From the NCBI GenBank assembly GCA_902623545.1, contig CACNUI010000001.1:23203-87202 (forward strand): a stretch of 64,000 nt of DNA. Direction: 5' to 3'. Shown here piece after piece: positions 1 to 9,720 of this stretch. Position 1 is the stretch's first letter. Every line of letters starts with the position of its first letter. Below the pieces are notes generated by a model. The model was given only the letters and a program-made list of their open reading frames with translations, did not search any database and was not told the origin of the DNA. A program made the position numbers and the translations under genes. The DNA comes from an uncultured Alphaproteobacteria bacterium. Its GTDB lineage: Bacteria; Pseudomonadota; Alphaproteobacteria; HIMB59; GCA-002718135.

Positions 1-1
1 T

Positions 2-538
2 GGTAAATTTTTTTCAGGCAAATATTTTTCTAAAATACCTAAAAGAGGTGATATAGTTGTATTTAAAACTCCTGAAAATAATAGAACTGATTATATTAAA
101 AGAGTAATTGGGCTTCCTGGAGACACAGTAAAAATTATAAATGGCGATCTCTTCGTAAATGGTTCAAAAATTTTTAGAAAAAAAATTGATCATTTTATTG
201 ATACTGATTCAAATCAAATTCTTATAGATAATGGTAGACGCAGACAATATTTAGAATATTTTTTTGATAAAGAAATAAATATTTTAGATATAAAAGACTA
301 TACTTTTGCGGACAATACAAATGAGTTTTTTGTACCAGAAAATAATATATTTGTTATGGGTGACAATAGAGATAATTCTCAAGATAGTAGATTTAGCACA
401 GTAGGTTATATTCCACTTGATAATGTTATTGGAAAGGCACAATTCATATTTTTTTCTCTAGAAAATGCAAGATTTTTACAAATATGGAAATGGCCAAGTT
501 CAATAAGATATGAAAGAATTTTTAAAAATATTCAATGA
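2..538 (+). CDS. lepB: Signal peptidase I, 5'-truncated by the window edge
   Basis: Frame from nt 2 reads PKRGDIVVFKTP...DYIKRVIGLPGDTV (catalytic Lys box) and continues into MGDNRDNSQDSR; lies upstream of rnc-era. Confidence 0.95.
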   Translation, partial: GKFFSGKYFSKIPKRGDIVVFKTPENNRTDYIKRVIGLPGDTVKIINGDLFVNGSKIFRKKIDHFIDTDSNQILIDNGRRRQYLEYFFDKEINILDIKDYTFADNTNEFFVPENNIFVMGDNRDNSQDSRFSTVGYIPLDNVIGKAQFIFFSLENARFLQIWKWPSSIRYERIFKNIQ

Positions 539-1245
539 TTTTAAAAAAGCAGATTGATAAATTTGAAAATATAATTGGTTATAATTTTAAAGATAGGTCT
601 ATTCTAAAACAATCTTTAACACATCCCAGTTCATTAAAAGATAAAAATATATTATTCAAACATCCTAATAATTTTGAAAGATTAGAATTTCTAGGAGACA
701 GAGTTCTTGGATTAATAGTTTCAAATTTACTTTTTCATAAATATGAAAATTTTAATGAAGGTGATTTATCAAAAAAATATTCATATTTAGTTCAAAAAAA
801 TTTTTTACATAAAATATCTGAAGAACTTTTTATAAGAGACATTTTAGTTTACAATTTTAAAAAAAATAACCAAAAAATGTTGATATCAATTTTATCAGAT
901 AGTGTCGAATCTCTAATAGGGGCTATATTTATTGATGGAGGCTATAAAGCATCTTATAATTTTATTAAAAAATTTTGGTCAAAATACCTTGATATAAAGA
1001 TATTAAAAACAGAAGATCCTAAAACTGTTTTACAAGAGCTTTCTCAACAAAGATTAAAAAAATTGCCTGAATACAAATTGATAAACAAAAAAGGTCCCTC
1101 ACATTCACCTATATTTACAATTACTTTAAAAGTTTTAAACTTAAATAAAATAACAGCAAAGGGATCATCAATTCGAGAAGCTGAAAAAAAAGCAGCGCTA
1201 ACAGCATTAGGATTAATTAATGAAAAAAAAATTATTAAAAATTAG
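535..1245 (+). CDS. rnc: Ribonuclease III
   Basis: Signature NFERLEFLGDRVLGL, DSVESLIGAIFIDGG, C-terminal dsRBD (DPKTVLQE...GPSHSPIF). Confidence 0.97.
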   Translation: MILKKQIDKFENIIGYNFKDRSILKQSLTHPSSLKDKNILFKHPNNFERLEFLGDRVLGLIVSNLLFHKYENFNEGDLSKKYSYLVQKNFLHKISEELFIRDILVYNFKKNNQKMLISILSDSVESLIGAIFIDGGYKASYNFIKKFWSKYLDIKILKTEDPKTVLQELSQQRLKKLPEYKLINKKGPSHSPIFTITLKVLNLNKITAKGSSIREAEKKAALTALGLINEKKIIKN

Positions 1246-2071
1246 TATTATTGGGAAAACTAACGCTGGTAAATCAACATTAATAAATAAAATTATTGGT
1301 GAGACAATTTCAATTATTAATAAAAAGGTAAATACAACTGAAACTTTAATATCAGGAATTTTAAATATAGGAAATAATCAATTAATTTTTTATGATACAC
1401 CTGGAATTCAACATCTTAAAAATATTCAAAAAAATAATAAAAATTTTAAACAAAGTTTATGGAATGGCTTATTAAAATCTGATCTTATAATTTATCTCAT
1501 TGATGTTAAAACTTACAGATTTGATGAAATCGTTTCTAATATAAACAAAATTAAAGAAACTAAAAAAGAAATATTAATTGTATTTAATAAATGTGAATTA
1601 ATTTCCAAAGACAAAATTTTACCAAAAATTAAAGAATTAGATGAATATTTAAAAATAAGTGAATATTTTTTAATTTCTGCAAAAAAAAAATATGGTTTAA
1701 AAAATTTACTAAAGTATTTAGAGGATAATTGTTATAATTCTGATTGGATATACAAAAACGATGAAGTTTCAGATAAAGATGACATATTTATAACCAATGA
1801 AATTACAAGAAATTCAATACTAAAATTTTTACATAATGAAATTCCTTATAATTTAAAGATTATTAATAAATTATTTAAGTATTTAAGAAATGGTGACCTT
1901 AAAATAAAACAAGAAATACTAATCAATAATTCAAGGTATAAAAAAATTATATTAGGTAGAAGTGGTGATAAAATCAAGGAAATTAGAGAAAAAAGTCAAA
2001 TTGAAATTTCAAATATTTTAAAAAAGAAAACCCATCTTTACATAAATATAGTCAAGTCCCATAATGAATAA
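1220..2071 (+). CDS. era: GTPase Era (divergent)
   Basis: G1 GKTNAGKS, G3 DTPG, G4 NKCE, EIPY and KH-domain ILGRSG; rnc-era-recO synteny. Confidence 0.92.
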   Translation: MKKKLLKISIIGKTNAGKSTLINKIIGETISIINKKVNTTETLISGILNIGNNQLIFYDTPGIQHLKNIQKNNKNFKQSLWNGLLKSDLIIYLIDVKTYRFDEIVSNINKIKETKKEILIVFNKCELISKDKILPKIKELDEYLKISEYFLISAKKKYGLKNLLKYLEDNCYNSDWIYKNDEVSDKDDIFITNEITRNSILKFLHNEIPYNLKIINKLFKYLRNGDLKIKQEILINNSRYKKIILGRSGDKIKEIREKSQIEISNILKKKTHLYINIVKSHNE

Positions 2072-2753
2072 ATATAAAGGCATTCTAATTTCAAAAAAAA
2101 TACTTAAGGAAAATGATCTAATAATTAAAATCTTATCTAATTCTGACAAAATTATTTCAGGTATTGTATACGGAGGATTATCAAAAAAAAAAAGAACTAT
2201 TTACCAAATTGGATATTTCTTAAATTTTGAAGTTTTAGAAAAAAATAATAGACCTCTGTCTATAAATGCTGAAATAATACCTCCACATATTTCACTTATA
2301 ATTAATGACAAATATAAATTAAATTGTTTACTTTGTGTCACGTCTATAATTAATTTAGCAATTATTGAAGGACAGCATGTGAATGATATTTATTTTATTG
2401 TAGAAAATTTTTTAAATAAAATGTTTGTAAAAAAAAAATGGCTTATTGATTTTCATATATTTTTATTTGATTTATTAAAAGTTATTGGATATGAAATTAA
2501 GTATACTAATAATGATCATAATATTTATTTTGATCTCAATAAACTTGAATTTGTTAAAGTTAAATCGAATGATTCAGTCAAATTTCCATTTCATTTATTT
2601 AAAGAGGATTATTCGGATATAGATAAGACTTCTGTAAATAATATATTCAAAATTTTTGAATTAGTATTTGTAAAATTTCATCTATCAAACATTAATATCC
2701 AATTGCCAAATCACTATCAATTATTTAAAAAACAAATAATAGATAAGATATAA
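2064..2753 (+). CDS. recO: DNA repair protein RecO
   Basis: N-terminal OB-fold pattern (GILISKKILKENDLIIKILS...GIVYGG), size, position after era. Confidence 0.8.
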   Translation: MNKYKGILISKKILKENDLIIKILSNSDKIISGIVYGGLSKKKRTIYQIGYFLNFEVLEKNNRPLSINAEIIPPHISLIINDKYKLNCLLCVTSIINLAIIEGQHVNDIYFIVENFLNKMFVKKKWLIDFHIFLFDLLKVIGYEIKYTNNDHNIYFDLNKLEFVKVKSNDSVKFPFHLFKEDYSDIDKTSVNNIFKIFELVFVKFHLSNINIQLPNHYQLFKKQIIDKI

Positions 2754-2764
2754 ATTTATTTATT

Positions 2765-4960
2765 ATGGAAAAAAATTTACATAAAAATATTGATAATATA
2801 TTAAGTGAAAAATATTTATCATATGCCATTTCTACTATTATCTCCAGATCATTACCTGATGTAAGAGATGGGTTAAAACCTGTTCATCGAAGAATTATTT
2901 ACTCTATGTATCAATTAAAACTATTTAATTCTTCATCCTATAAAAAATCAGCTAGAATTGTTGGCGACGTTATGGGAAAATTTCATCCACATGGAGATCA
3001 AGCAATATATGATAGCTTAGTAAGAATGGCCCAAGATTTTTCAACTAGAATTAAACTCATCGACGGTCAAGGTAATTTTGGTAATATAGATGGTGATAAT
3101 CCTGCTGCAATGAGATACACAGAAGCAAGATTAGATTCATACACAGATTATTTTTTTGATGGAATTCAAGAAAATTCTGTAAATTTTAAAGAAAATTATG
3201 ATGGACAAAACTTAGAACCAGAAGTTTTACCATCCCAACTTCCAAATATTTTAATTAATGGTGCAATGGGAATAGCAGTTGGTATGGCAACAAATATTCC
3301 ACCGCATAACATAAAAGAACTTGTAGATTGCTTAATTTTGTTAATTAAAGATCCTAAAACAAACATAACTAAGCTACTAAAAATTCTAAAAGGACCAGAT
3401 TTTCCAACTGGTGGAGAAGTAATTTTAAATCAAAAAGAAAAAAAAGATATTTACTCAAGCGGCAAAGGGACATTTATTATAAACTCAAAATGGCTAAAAG
3501 AAGACCTAAAAAATGGAATGTACCAACTTGTTATTACAGAAATTCCTTATCAAATAAATAAAACTAAAATAATTGAACAACTAGCTAATTCAATTAATAC
3601 AAAAAAAATCCCTCTTGATGATGTTGTAGATGAATCAGATGAAAATATAAGAATAGTTATAAGACCAAAGAACAGAAATATTGATCATAAAAAATTAATA
3701 GAATTATGTTTTAAATTGTCAGATTTATCAATTAAGTTTTCATGTAATTTTAATGTTCTTATTAATGGTTTAGTGCCAAAACAAATTGGACTTGTTGAAA
3801 TATTATTAAATTTTTTAGATCACAGAAAAATATCTATCAAGAGAAAATCTGAATATAATATTAATAAAATTAAAAAAAGATTAGAAATTTTAAAAGGTTA
3901 TCAGATAGTATTCAAAAATCTTGAAAAAATTATTAATATTATTAGAAAAAAAGATGAACCTAAAAAAGAATTAATAAAAAAATTTAAACTTTCTGAAAAT
4001 CAGGTAGATGCAATACTTTCGATGAGATTAGGATCATTAAGAAAAATAGATGAAAAAAATATAATGAAAGAAAACTCAGATTTAATTAAAGAATTAAAAT
4101 TTTTAAAGAAATTAATTTCAGATAAGAAAACTATCAATCAGTATATTACAGATGATCTAACAAATATAACCAATGATTTTGATCCTTTAATTAAAGATAG
4201 AAGAACTAATATTTTTCATGAAACAATATATAGTAATGACATTGATATTGATGAATTTAAAGAAATTGAAAAATTAACTATTACAATTGATAAGAATTAT
4301 AATCTTAAACGTTTTAAAGATCATATTGACCATAATGATCTAAAGAAAAATAATACTGACATAAAACAATCCGTAAAAATATTATCTAATCAAAAATTAA
4401 TGCTTTTCGTTTCATCGGGCAAAGTATTTTCTATTGATCCAAATGACATTCCTGGAGGAAATTCTAAGCCTAAATCGTTTATTTATTTTGTTGATAGCCA
4501 GCAAAATGATAAAGTTGTTGGGATAATATCTTCTGAAAATAATATCATTTTATCTGCATCTAAATTTGGAAAAGGTTTTGCAAGTAATCTAAGCCAACTC
4601 ATTACTATTCAGCGAAAAGGAAAACAATTTTTTAATTTAAAAAAAAATGATGAAGTAATAAAAGTATTTTGTGTAAAAAAATCTCATATTATTTGTGTTA
4701 CTAAACAGGAAAAAATGTTAGCTTTTGATTTAACAACTATTCCTCAGATTCAAAAAGGAGTTGGTGTTCAGCTTATAAAAATTAAAGATAAAGATAATCT
4801 CATTGATATTACTGATATTAATCCGGAAGATGGATTTGAGTGGACATCTGGTTCAAAAAAAAGAAAAATTGATACAATTGACTTCTGGGTTGGTAAAAGA
4901 GCACAATCAGGAAAAAAAGTTCCAAAATTTTTTAATAAAGTTTTAAAATTTAGTGAATAA
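2765..4960 (+). CDS. parC: DNA topoisomerase IV subunit A
   Basis: RSLPDVRDGLKPVHRR, FHPHGD, catalytic AAMRYTEARL; short CTD with no GyrA-box; recO-parC synteny. Confidence 0.93.
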   Translation: MEKNLHKNIDNILSEKYLSYAISTIISRSLPDVRDGLKPVHRRIIYSMYQLKLFNSSSYKKSARIVGDVMGKFHPHGDQAIYDSLVRMAQDFSTRIKLIDGQGNFGNIDGDNPAAMRYTEARLDSYTDYFFDGIQENSVNFKENYDGQNLEPEVLPSQLPNILINGAMGIAVGMATNIPPHNIKELVDCLILLIKDPKTNITKLLKILKGPDFPTGGEVILNQKEKKDIYSSGKGTFIINSKWLKEDLKNGMYQLVITEIPYQINKTKIIEQLANSINTKKIPLDDVVDESDENIRIVIRPKNRNIDHKKLIELCFKLSDLSIKFSCNFNVLINGLVPKQIGLVEILLNFLDHRKISIKRKSEYNINKIKKRLEILKGYQIVFKNLEKIINIIRKKDEPKKELIKKFKLSENQVDAILSMRLGSLRKIDEKNIMKENSDLIKELKFLKKLISDKKTINQYITDDLTNITNDFDPLIKDRRTNIFHETIYSNDIDIDEFKEIEKLTITIDKNYNLKRFKDHIDHNDLKKNNTDIKQSVKILSNQKLMLFVSSGKVFSIDPNDIPGGNSKPKSFIYFVDSQQNDKVVGIISSENNIILSASKFGKGFASNLSQLITIQRKGKQFFNLKKNDEVIKVFCVKKSHIICVTKQEKMLAFDLTTIPQIQKGVGVQLIKIKDKDNLIDITDINPEDGFEWTSGSKKRKIDTIDFWVGKRAQSGKKVPKFFNKVLKFSE

Positions 4961-4998
4961 ATGTTTTTCTATTTAAATATTTGTTTATTATCTACTAA

Positions 4999-6117
4999 AT
5001 GACTAAAACCAATCTTAATACTCAATCAGTGTTATCAATGAAGGGGGAAGGTTACTATTCTCAAAAAACAATAGGAGCAAAGAATGCAATTGATAAGGTG
5101 CAAAAACAACTTGAATCAGCCCTTAAAACAATACCAAAAAAAGATATTTTAAAAATTGCTGACTTTGGGAGTGCTGACGGTGGTACAAGTCAAGAGATGT
5201 GGTTTAATATAATAGAAAATATTAAAAAATCTGGAGATAAAAGACAGATTGAGATTTTATATACTGATTTAGCCTCTAACGATTTTTCTGTATTATTTAG
5301 AATGATGCAGGGTATGCAGGGTAATAATAATTTTGCATATCAAAATAAATTTGAAAATGTTTTTGTACATGGATGCGGCACTGGTTTTCATAAACAATTA
5401 ATGGCAAATAATACATTATCTCTTGGGTTTTCTGCCACAGCAATGCACTATGTTTCTGAAAGGCCTTGCCTAATAAAAGATCATGTTCATATGGTGGGTT
5501 CAAATGAAGAAGAAAAAAAACAATTTAAAAACCAAGCTCTAAAAGATTGGGAAACAATTTTATTAAATAGATCAAATGAATTAGTTCCAGGTGGAAGGTT
5601 TATTTGTATAAATTTTGGAATAGATGAAAAGGGTCAATATTTAGGTAATACAGGTGGTCATAACATGTTTAATAATTTTACTAAACATTGGAAACATTTA
5701 GAGCAAAAAGGAATTATTACAAATGAAGAATTTGTTAACGCAACTTTTACTCAACATTATAGAACTCTTGAAGAATTTAGGAAACCTTTTGATGACCCTA
5801 ATTCAGAAATATCAAAATCTGGGTTAATTCTTAAAAAATGTGAAACAATGTTTACCGATTGTCCTTTTAAAGTTCATTATAATGAAAATAAATCTACTAT
5901 GTCATCAAGGGAATATGCTGAAACATTAATACCAACAATGAGGAGTTGGTCAGAAACTGTATTTAAAACAGCATTAGAAAAAAGAAATCTTAATGAGATA
6001 AATCAAATTGTCGATCAATTTTATAATTCTTATCTTGAGGAAATTGTAGAAAATCCAACAGGCCATGCAATGGATTATATTCATATAGTAATGGATATAG
6101 AAAAAAAAATAAATTAA
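4999..6117 (+). CDS. SABATH-family (Methyltransf_7) SAM-dependent carboxyl/N-methyltransferase
   Basis: Motifs MKGEGYYS, IADFGSADG, YTDLASNDFSVLF, GFSATAMHYVS, QALKDWETILLNRSNELVPGGRF. Confidence 0.85.
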   Translation: MTKTNLNTQSVLSMKGEGYYSQKTIGAKNAIDKVQKQLESALKTIPKKDILKIADFGSADGGTSQEMWFNIIENIKKSGDKRQIEILYTDLASNDFSVLFRMMQGMQGNNNFAYQNKFENVFVHGCGTGFHKQLMANNTLSLGFSATAMHYVSERPCLIKDHVHMVGSNEEEKKQFKNQALKDWETILLNRSNELVPGGRFICINFGIDEKGQYLGNTGGHNMFNNFTKHWKHLEQKGIITNEEFVNATFTQHYRTLEEFRKPFDDPNSEISKSGLILKKCETMFTDCPFKVHYNENKSTMSSREYAETLIPTMRSWSETVFKTALEKRNLNEINQIVDQFYNSYLEEIVENPTGHAMDYIHIVMDIEKKIN

Positions 6118-8756
6118 AAATATAAAGAAATATCTTCATGTACAGATTTACACGAAGCTAAATAAATAGCTTGCTCTTTATTAAGTTTATCTTGTTTTCT
6201 TAACCCAAAAGTCTCAGTACCAGTTTCAGATAATTTAATTAAATCACTTAAGATAATTCTACTACCAATCATTCTCCAATTTTTTTCAAAATTGTATATT
6301 TTTTTTGCTTCATTAATTAAAGCTAATGCTTCTTTTTTCTTATTGTAATTTTTTTTCAACAATTTTCTTGCTTTTTTGATTGGTTTTGTAATGTCTGAAG
6401 TATCAGTGAAAGAATTAAATAATCTCTCAAAATTTTTTATTATTTCTTCAATTCCATCCCTCTCTTCATTAACATTATTTAATAACTCATTAAAATTAAT
6501 TTCTAATTTTGAAAATTCTTCAGCATTTTGAAAAATTTTGATAAATTTTTGTAAATCATTAAATGAGTTGTCTACTGATTTATTATAACTAAGTTTCTTT
6601 TTCTTAAATTCATTTAATATTCCTTTGAAATTATCATTTTCCTCTTTCCAATTTGATGGAATTGTCATTTTTATACTTTCAATATCATTTTCTAGTTCTA
6701 AAATTTCCTCTTCAAACTTCTGAATTTCATTAAGATCAGTTTCAAGTCTAATTTCTTTTTTAATCTTTTCTATCTTAGACAATTTCTTATAAATATTTTT
6801 CTCAATATTCCTTACTTTTGTATGAAGTGGTTTATAATTAATTGAGTAATCATTAAAATTTTTACGTGATAATTTTACTTCTTCAATTAAATTCTTTGAA
6901 TAATTGATGTTATTAATCATATTGGTAAATTTTTTATTTTGTTTCTCTGGTAAAAAATCAATATTAGTAGTCATTAGATCATTTGTAATTAATATTGATG
7001 TAGAAAAATTCTTTTCATATTTATTATAAGAATAATCTATTAAACATTCTTGAAGTTTAGGATTGATTGGAGGAGGAGAAACTTCTGATGAATAATAAGA
7101 CCTAAGAGGTAAATAATTTACTAATTGTGGAAAATATCCAACTACACCTAAACCTACTAGTTGAAGTAATATAAAAACGCTTGCACCTTTCCAAATTTCA
7201 GTCGTTTTTATTGATTTTGGTGCTACCCCTCTTAGATAGAATAGTGAAAATCCAAATGGTGGAGTTAAAAATGAAGTTTGCATATTTACACCAATCATTA
7301 CACCCAGCCAAACCGCAGTAACATTTGCTGATGTTTCAGCTAATAGTATCGGAGCAACTATAGGAACAACAACAATAGCAATTTCTATGAAATCTAAAAA
7401 AAAACCTAGTACAAATATAACTGCCATTACGACTATAAATTGTGTCCAAAAACCTCCAGGAAGACTAGTAAGAAAATCCTTAACTATTTCTTCACCTCCA
7501 AAACCTCTAAACGCTGCTGTTAACATTGCAGCACCAATCAGAATTATAAAAACCATTGAAGTAGTTAAACTTGTTTCAATCATTACGTTTTTTAAAACAT
7601 TATTTATTTTAAATGTTCTCCAAAAACTCCAAACAATACCAACAAGTAAAAATATAACTGCAAATATTGCAATTACTAAAGCTACCACTTCTGATGTTGA
7701 TGAAATATTTTTAACATTAAGTTGAAAATTAATTACAATACAGGTTATTACTATTAATGAAATTATAGTTATTAAAGCTGGTGTATATTTGTTTTTTTTA
7801 TCATACAATCTATAACCACCCATCACACCTGCACCCACAGCACCTATGGCACCTGCTTGATTTACTGTTGCTATACCAAGTAATATTGAACCTAAAACTA
7901 CAAAAATTAATGCTAATGGTGGGACAAGCGATAGAAAAACTCTCCTAAAGAAATCTCTGTCATAATTTCCTTCATATTCTACTGGAGGTACTGCTTCTTT
8001 TTTAAATATTCCAATCAGTAAAACATATAACATGTATAGACCAACAAGAACTAACCCAGGTAAGAAAGCTCCTAAAAACATATTCCCAGCACTGACTGAA
8101 TCTACACTAAATTGACTTGGTATATTTGTAGAACCAGTTACGTTTTTATAATTTTCAATTCTCATATTATCTGCTGCATCTGAAGCAGATGCCAATTGGT
8201 CTGACAAAATAATAAGGACAATTGAAGGTGGGATTATTTGACCAAGTGTGCCAGAAGAACAAACAATTCCTGACGCAAGTGATTTATTATAATTATTTTT
8301 CATCATTGCTGGTAAAGAAATTAAACCCATCGCAACTACTGTAGCCCCTACAATGCCTGTCGTAGCAGCTAGTAATGCACCAACAAATATTACAGAAATT
8401 CCTAATCCCCCCGGAATAGGTCCAAATAATTGTCCCATACTTATCAATAGGTCTTCTGCAATTTTTGATTTTTCAAGCATTATTCCCATAAAAATAAAAA
8501 GAGGTATTGCTATCAATGTATCTCTTTCTACTTCCCAGTATACTCCTCGAAAATTTGTTATTCCTGCATTTAGCCATTGAAAAGGACCATCAGATATAAA
8601 ATATTCATTTGGGTTACCTTCAATTAAATATCCTGCTAAAGCAGCTAAAAATATTGATATTATAGCTGAACCAGGAAGAGCGAATGCTAATGGATATCCA
8701 GAAGCAAGTGCAAATGCCATTAAAAATATTAACAAAAAAAGAAAAAATAATTCCAT
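6114..8756 (-). CDS. dctM: TRAP transporter large permease (DctM) with ~330-aa soluble C-terminal extension
   Basis: LIAIPLFIFMG, GTLGQIIPPSIVLI, QTSFLTPPFGFSLFYLRGVAP; charged helical tail after about aa 550. Confidence 0.93.
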   Translation of the reverse strand: MELFFLFLLIFLMAFALASGYPLAFALPGSAIISIFLAALAGYLIEGNPNEYFISDGPFQWLNAGITNFRGVYWEVERDTLIAIPLFIFMGIMLEKSKIAEDLLISMGQLFGPIPGGLGISVIFVGALLAATTGIVGATVVAMGLISLPAMMKNNYNKSLASGIVCSSGTLGQIIPPSIVLIILSDQLASASDAADNMRIENYKNVTGSTNIPSQFSVDSVSAGNMFLGAFLPGLVLVGLYMLYVLLIGIFKKEAVPPVEYEGNYDRDFFRRVFLSLVPPLALIFVVLGSILLGIATVNQAGAIGAVGAGVMGGYRLYDKKNKYTPALITIISLIVITCIVINFQLNVKNISSTSEVVALVIAIFAVIFLLVGIVWSFWRTFKINNVLKNVMIETSLTTSMVFIILIGAAMLTAAFRGFGGEEIVKDFLTSLPGGFWTQFIVVMAVIFVLGFFLDFIEIAIVVVPIVAPILLAETSANVTAVWLGVMIGVNMQTSFLTPPFGFSLFYLRGVAPKSIKTTEIWKGASVFILLQLVGLGVVGYFPQLVNYLPLRSYYSSEVSPPPINPKLQECLIDYSYNKYEKNFSTSILITNDLMTTNIDFLPEKQNKKFTNMINNINYSKNLIEEVKLSRKNFNDYSINYKPLHTKVRNIEKNIYKKLSKIEKIKKEIRLETDLNEIQKFEEEILELENDIESIKMTIPSNWKEENDNFKGILNEFKKKKLSYNKSVDNSFNDLQKFIKIFQNAEEFSKLEINFNELLNNVNEERDGIEEIIKNFERLFNSFTDTSDITKPIKKARKLLKKNYNKKKEALALINEAKKIYNFEKNWRMIGSRIILSDLIKLSETGTETFGLRKQDKLNKEQAIYLASCKSVHEDISLYF

Positions 8757-8758
8757 TA

Positions 8759-9679
8759 TTAATTCTTTCTAATTACTTCTAAACTTCTTAATGAATATAT
8801 TATAAATTGTATCAGCATTGTAAGAGCAAATATAATTAAAAAACCCGCCATCAAATATTTGATATTCATTCCTTGAGTACTTTGAGATGTTTCAAAATTC
8901 ATTATTGGTTGGTTTAAAACACATTGTTTACAGTACATCCCAAGAAAGAACACAGTTAAACAAAGTGGAATACCTAATAATAAACTTCCAAAAAGATTTA
9001 CTCTTGCTTTGTTTTTTTCACTAAAATTAGTATACAAAACATCAACTCTAACATGGCCATCTTTAATTAAAGTATAATAACTTCCAAATAAAAATAAGCT
9101 TCCATACCAAAACCTTACAAGATCACTCATTAAAGTTTGTTCATATGAAAAAACAAATCTTAAAATGACAATTTGAAATTCTGCTATTACAACAAGAAAT
9201 GCTAACCAGTAGAAATTTAGAGCTCTGAAGTAAAATGCAAATATTAATGAAACAAATAATAGAGGAAAATGAACATATGGAGCTCGAAAAGAATTGTTTG
9301 AAAATTTTATGTTCCAATTTTTTCCAATCATTTGCTCGAGGAATCCTTCAATTATTAGAAAAGAAATTATAGCGTCAATTATTCCTATTATTAATACTGA
9401 CCAAAAACCAAATCTAATTATATAATCATTCACTCTTTCAAGCCTATTAGCAAGAGTCAGATTATCCAATTTTTTGTTATAATTAATAAATATTAATGGA
9501 ACAATAATTGCTAATACATAAAGAAAAAATTGAATCGATGAATATATATTTGCTGAATTATATATCGTAAATGCGCCAGGCCAATCACCTGCGAAAGTTA
9601 AGTAGTTATTAATTAAAAACGCAAATACTATTGAGATTAAACAAATTGAAAAAAATTTAGAAATATTTGAGATATTCAT
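8759..9679 (-). CDS. dctQ: TRAP transporter small permease (DctQ), N-terminally extended
   Basis: YTLIKDGHVRVDVLY motif. Start moved to the ATG at 9679 because the longer ORF call runs through the terminator hairpin. Confidence 0.88.
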   Translation of the reverse strand: MNISNISKFFSICLISIVFAFLINNYLTFAGDWPGAFTIYNSANIYSSIQFFLYVLAIIVPLIFINYNKKLDNLTLANRLERVNDYIIRFGFWSVLIIGIIDAIISFLIIEGFLEQMIGKNWNIKFSNNSFRAPYVHFPLLFVSLIFAFYFRALNFYWLAFLVVIAEFQIVILRFVFSYEQTLMSDLVRFWYGSLFLFGSYYTLIKDGHVRVDVLYTNFSEKNKARVNLFGSLLLGIPLCLTVFFLGMYCKQCVLNQPIMNFETSQSTQGMNIKYLMAGFLIIFALTMLIQFIIYSLRSLEVIRKN

Positions 9680-9707
9680 AAAAAAAAGTGGGGAGTAAAC
9701 TCCCCAC
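9680..9707 (-). terminator. Intrinsic terminator/attenuator between dctP and dctQ
   Basis: Minus strand reads GTGGGGAG-TTTA-CTCCCCAC then a T8 tract. Confidence 0.85.
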
Positions 9708-9720
9708 ATGATTTGAAATT

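Noticed and set aside
8915..8935. Heme c attachment motif in DctQ
   Set aside because: The sequence is CKQCV, not CxxCH.
9680..9709. dctQ N-terminus MWGVYSPLFF as given in the ORF track
   Set aside because: It is the translation of the terminator hairpin; ATG 9679 is the more plausible start.
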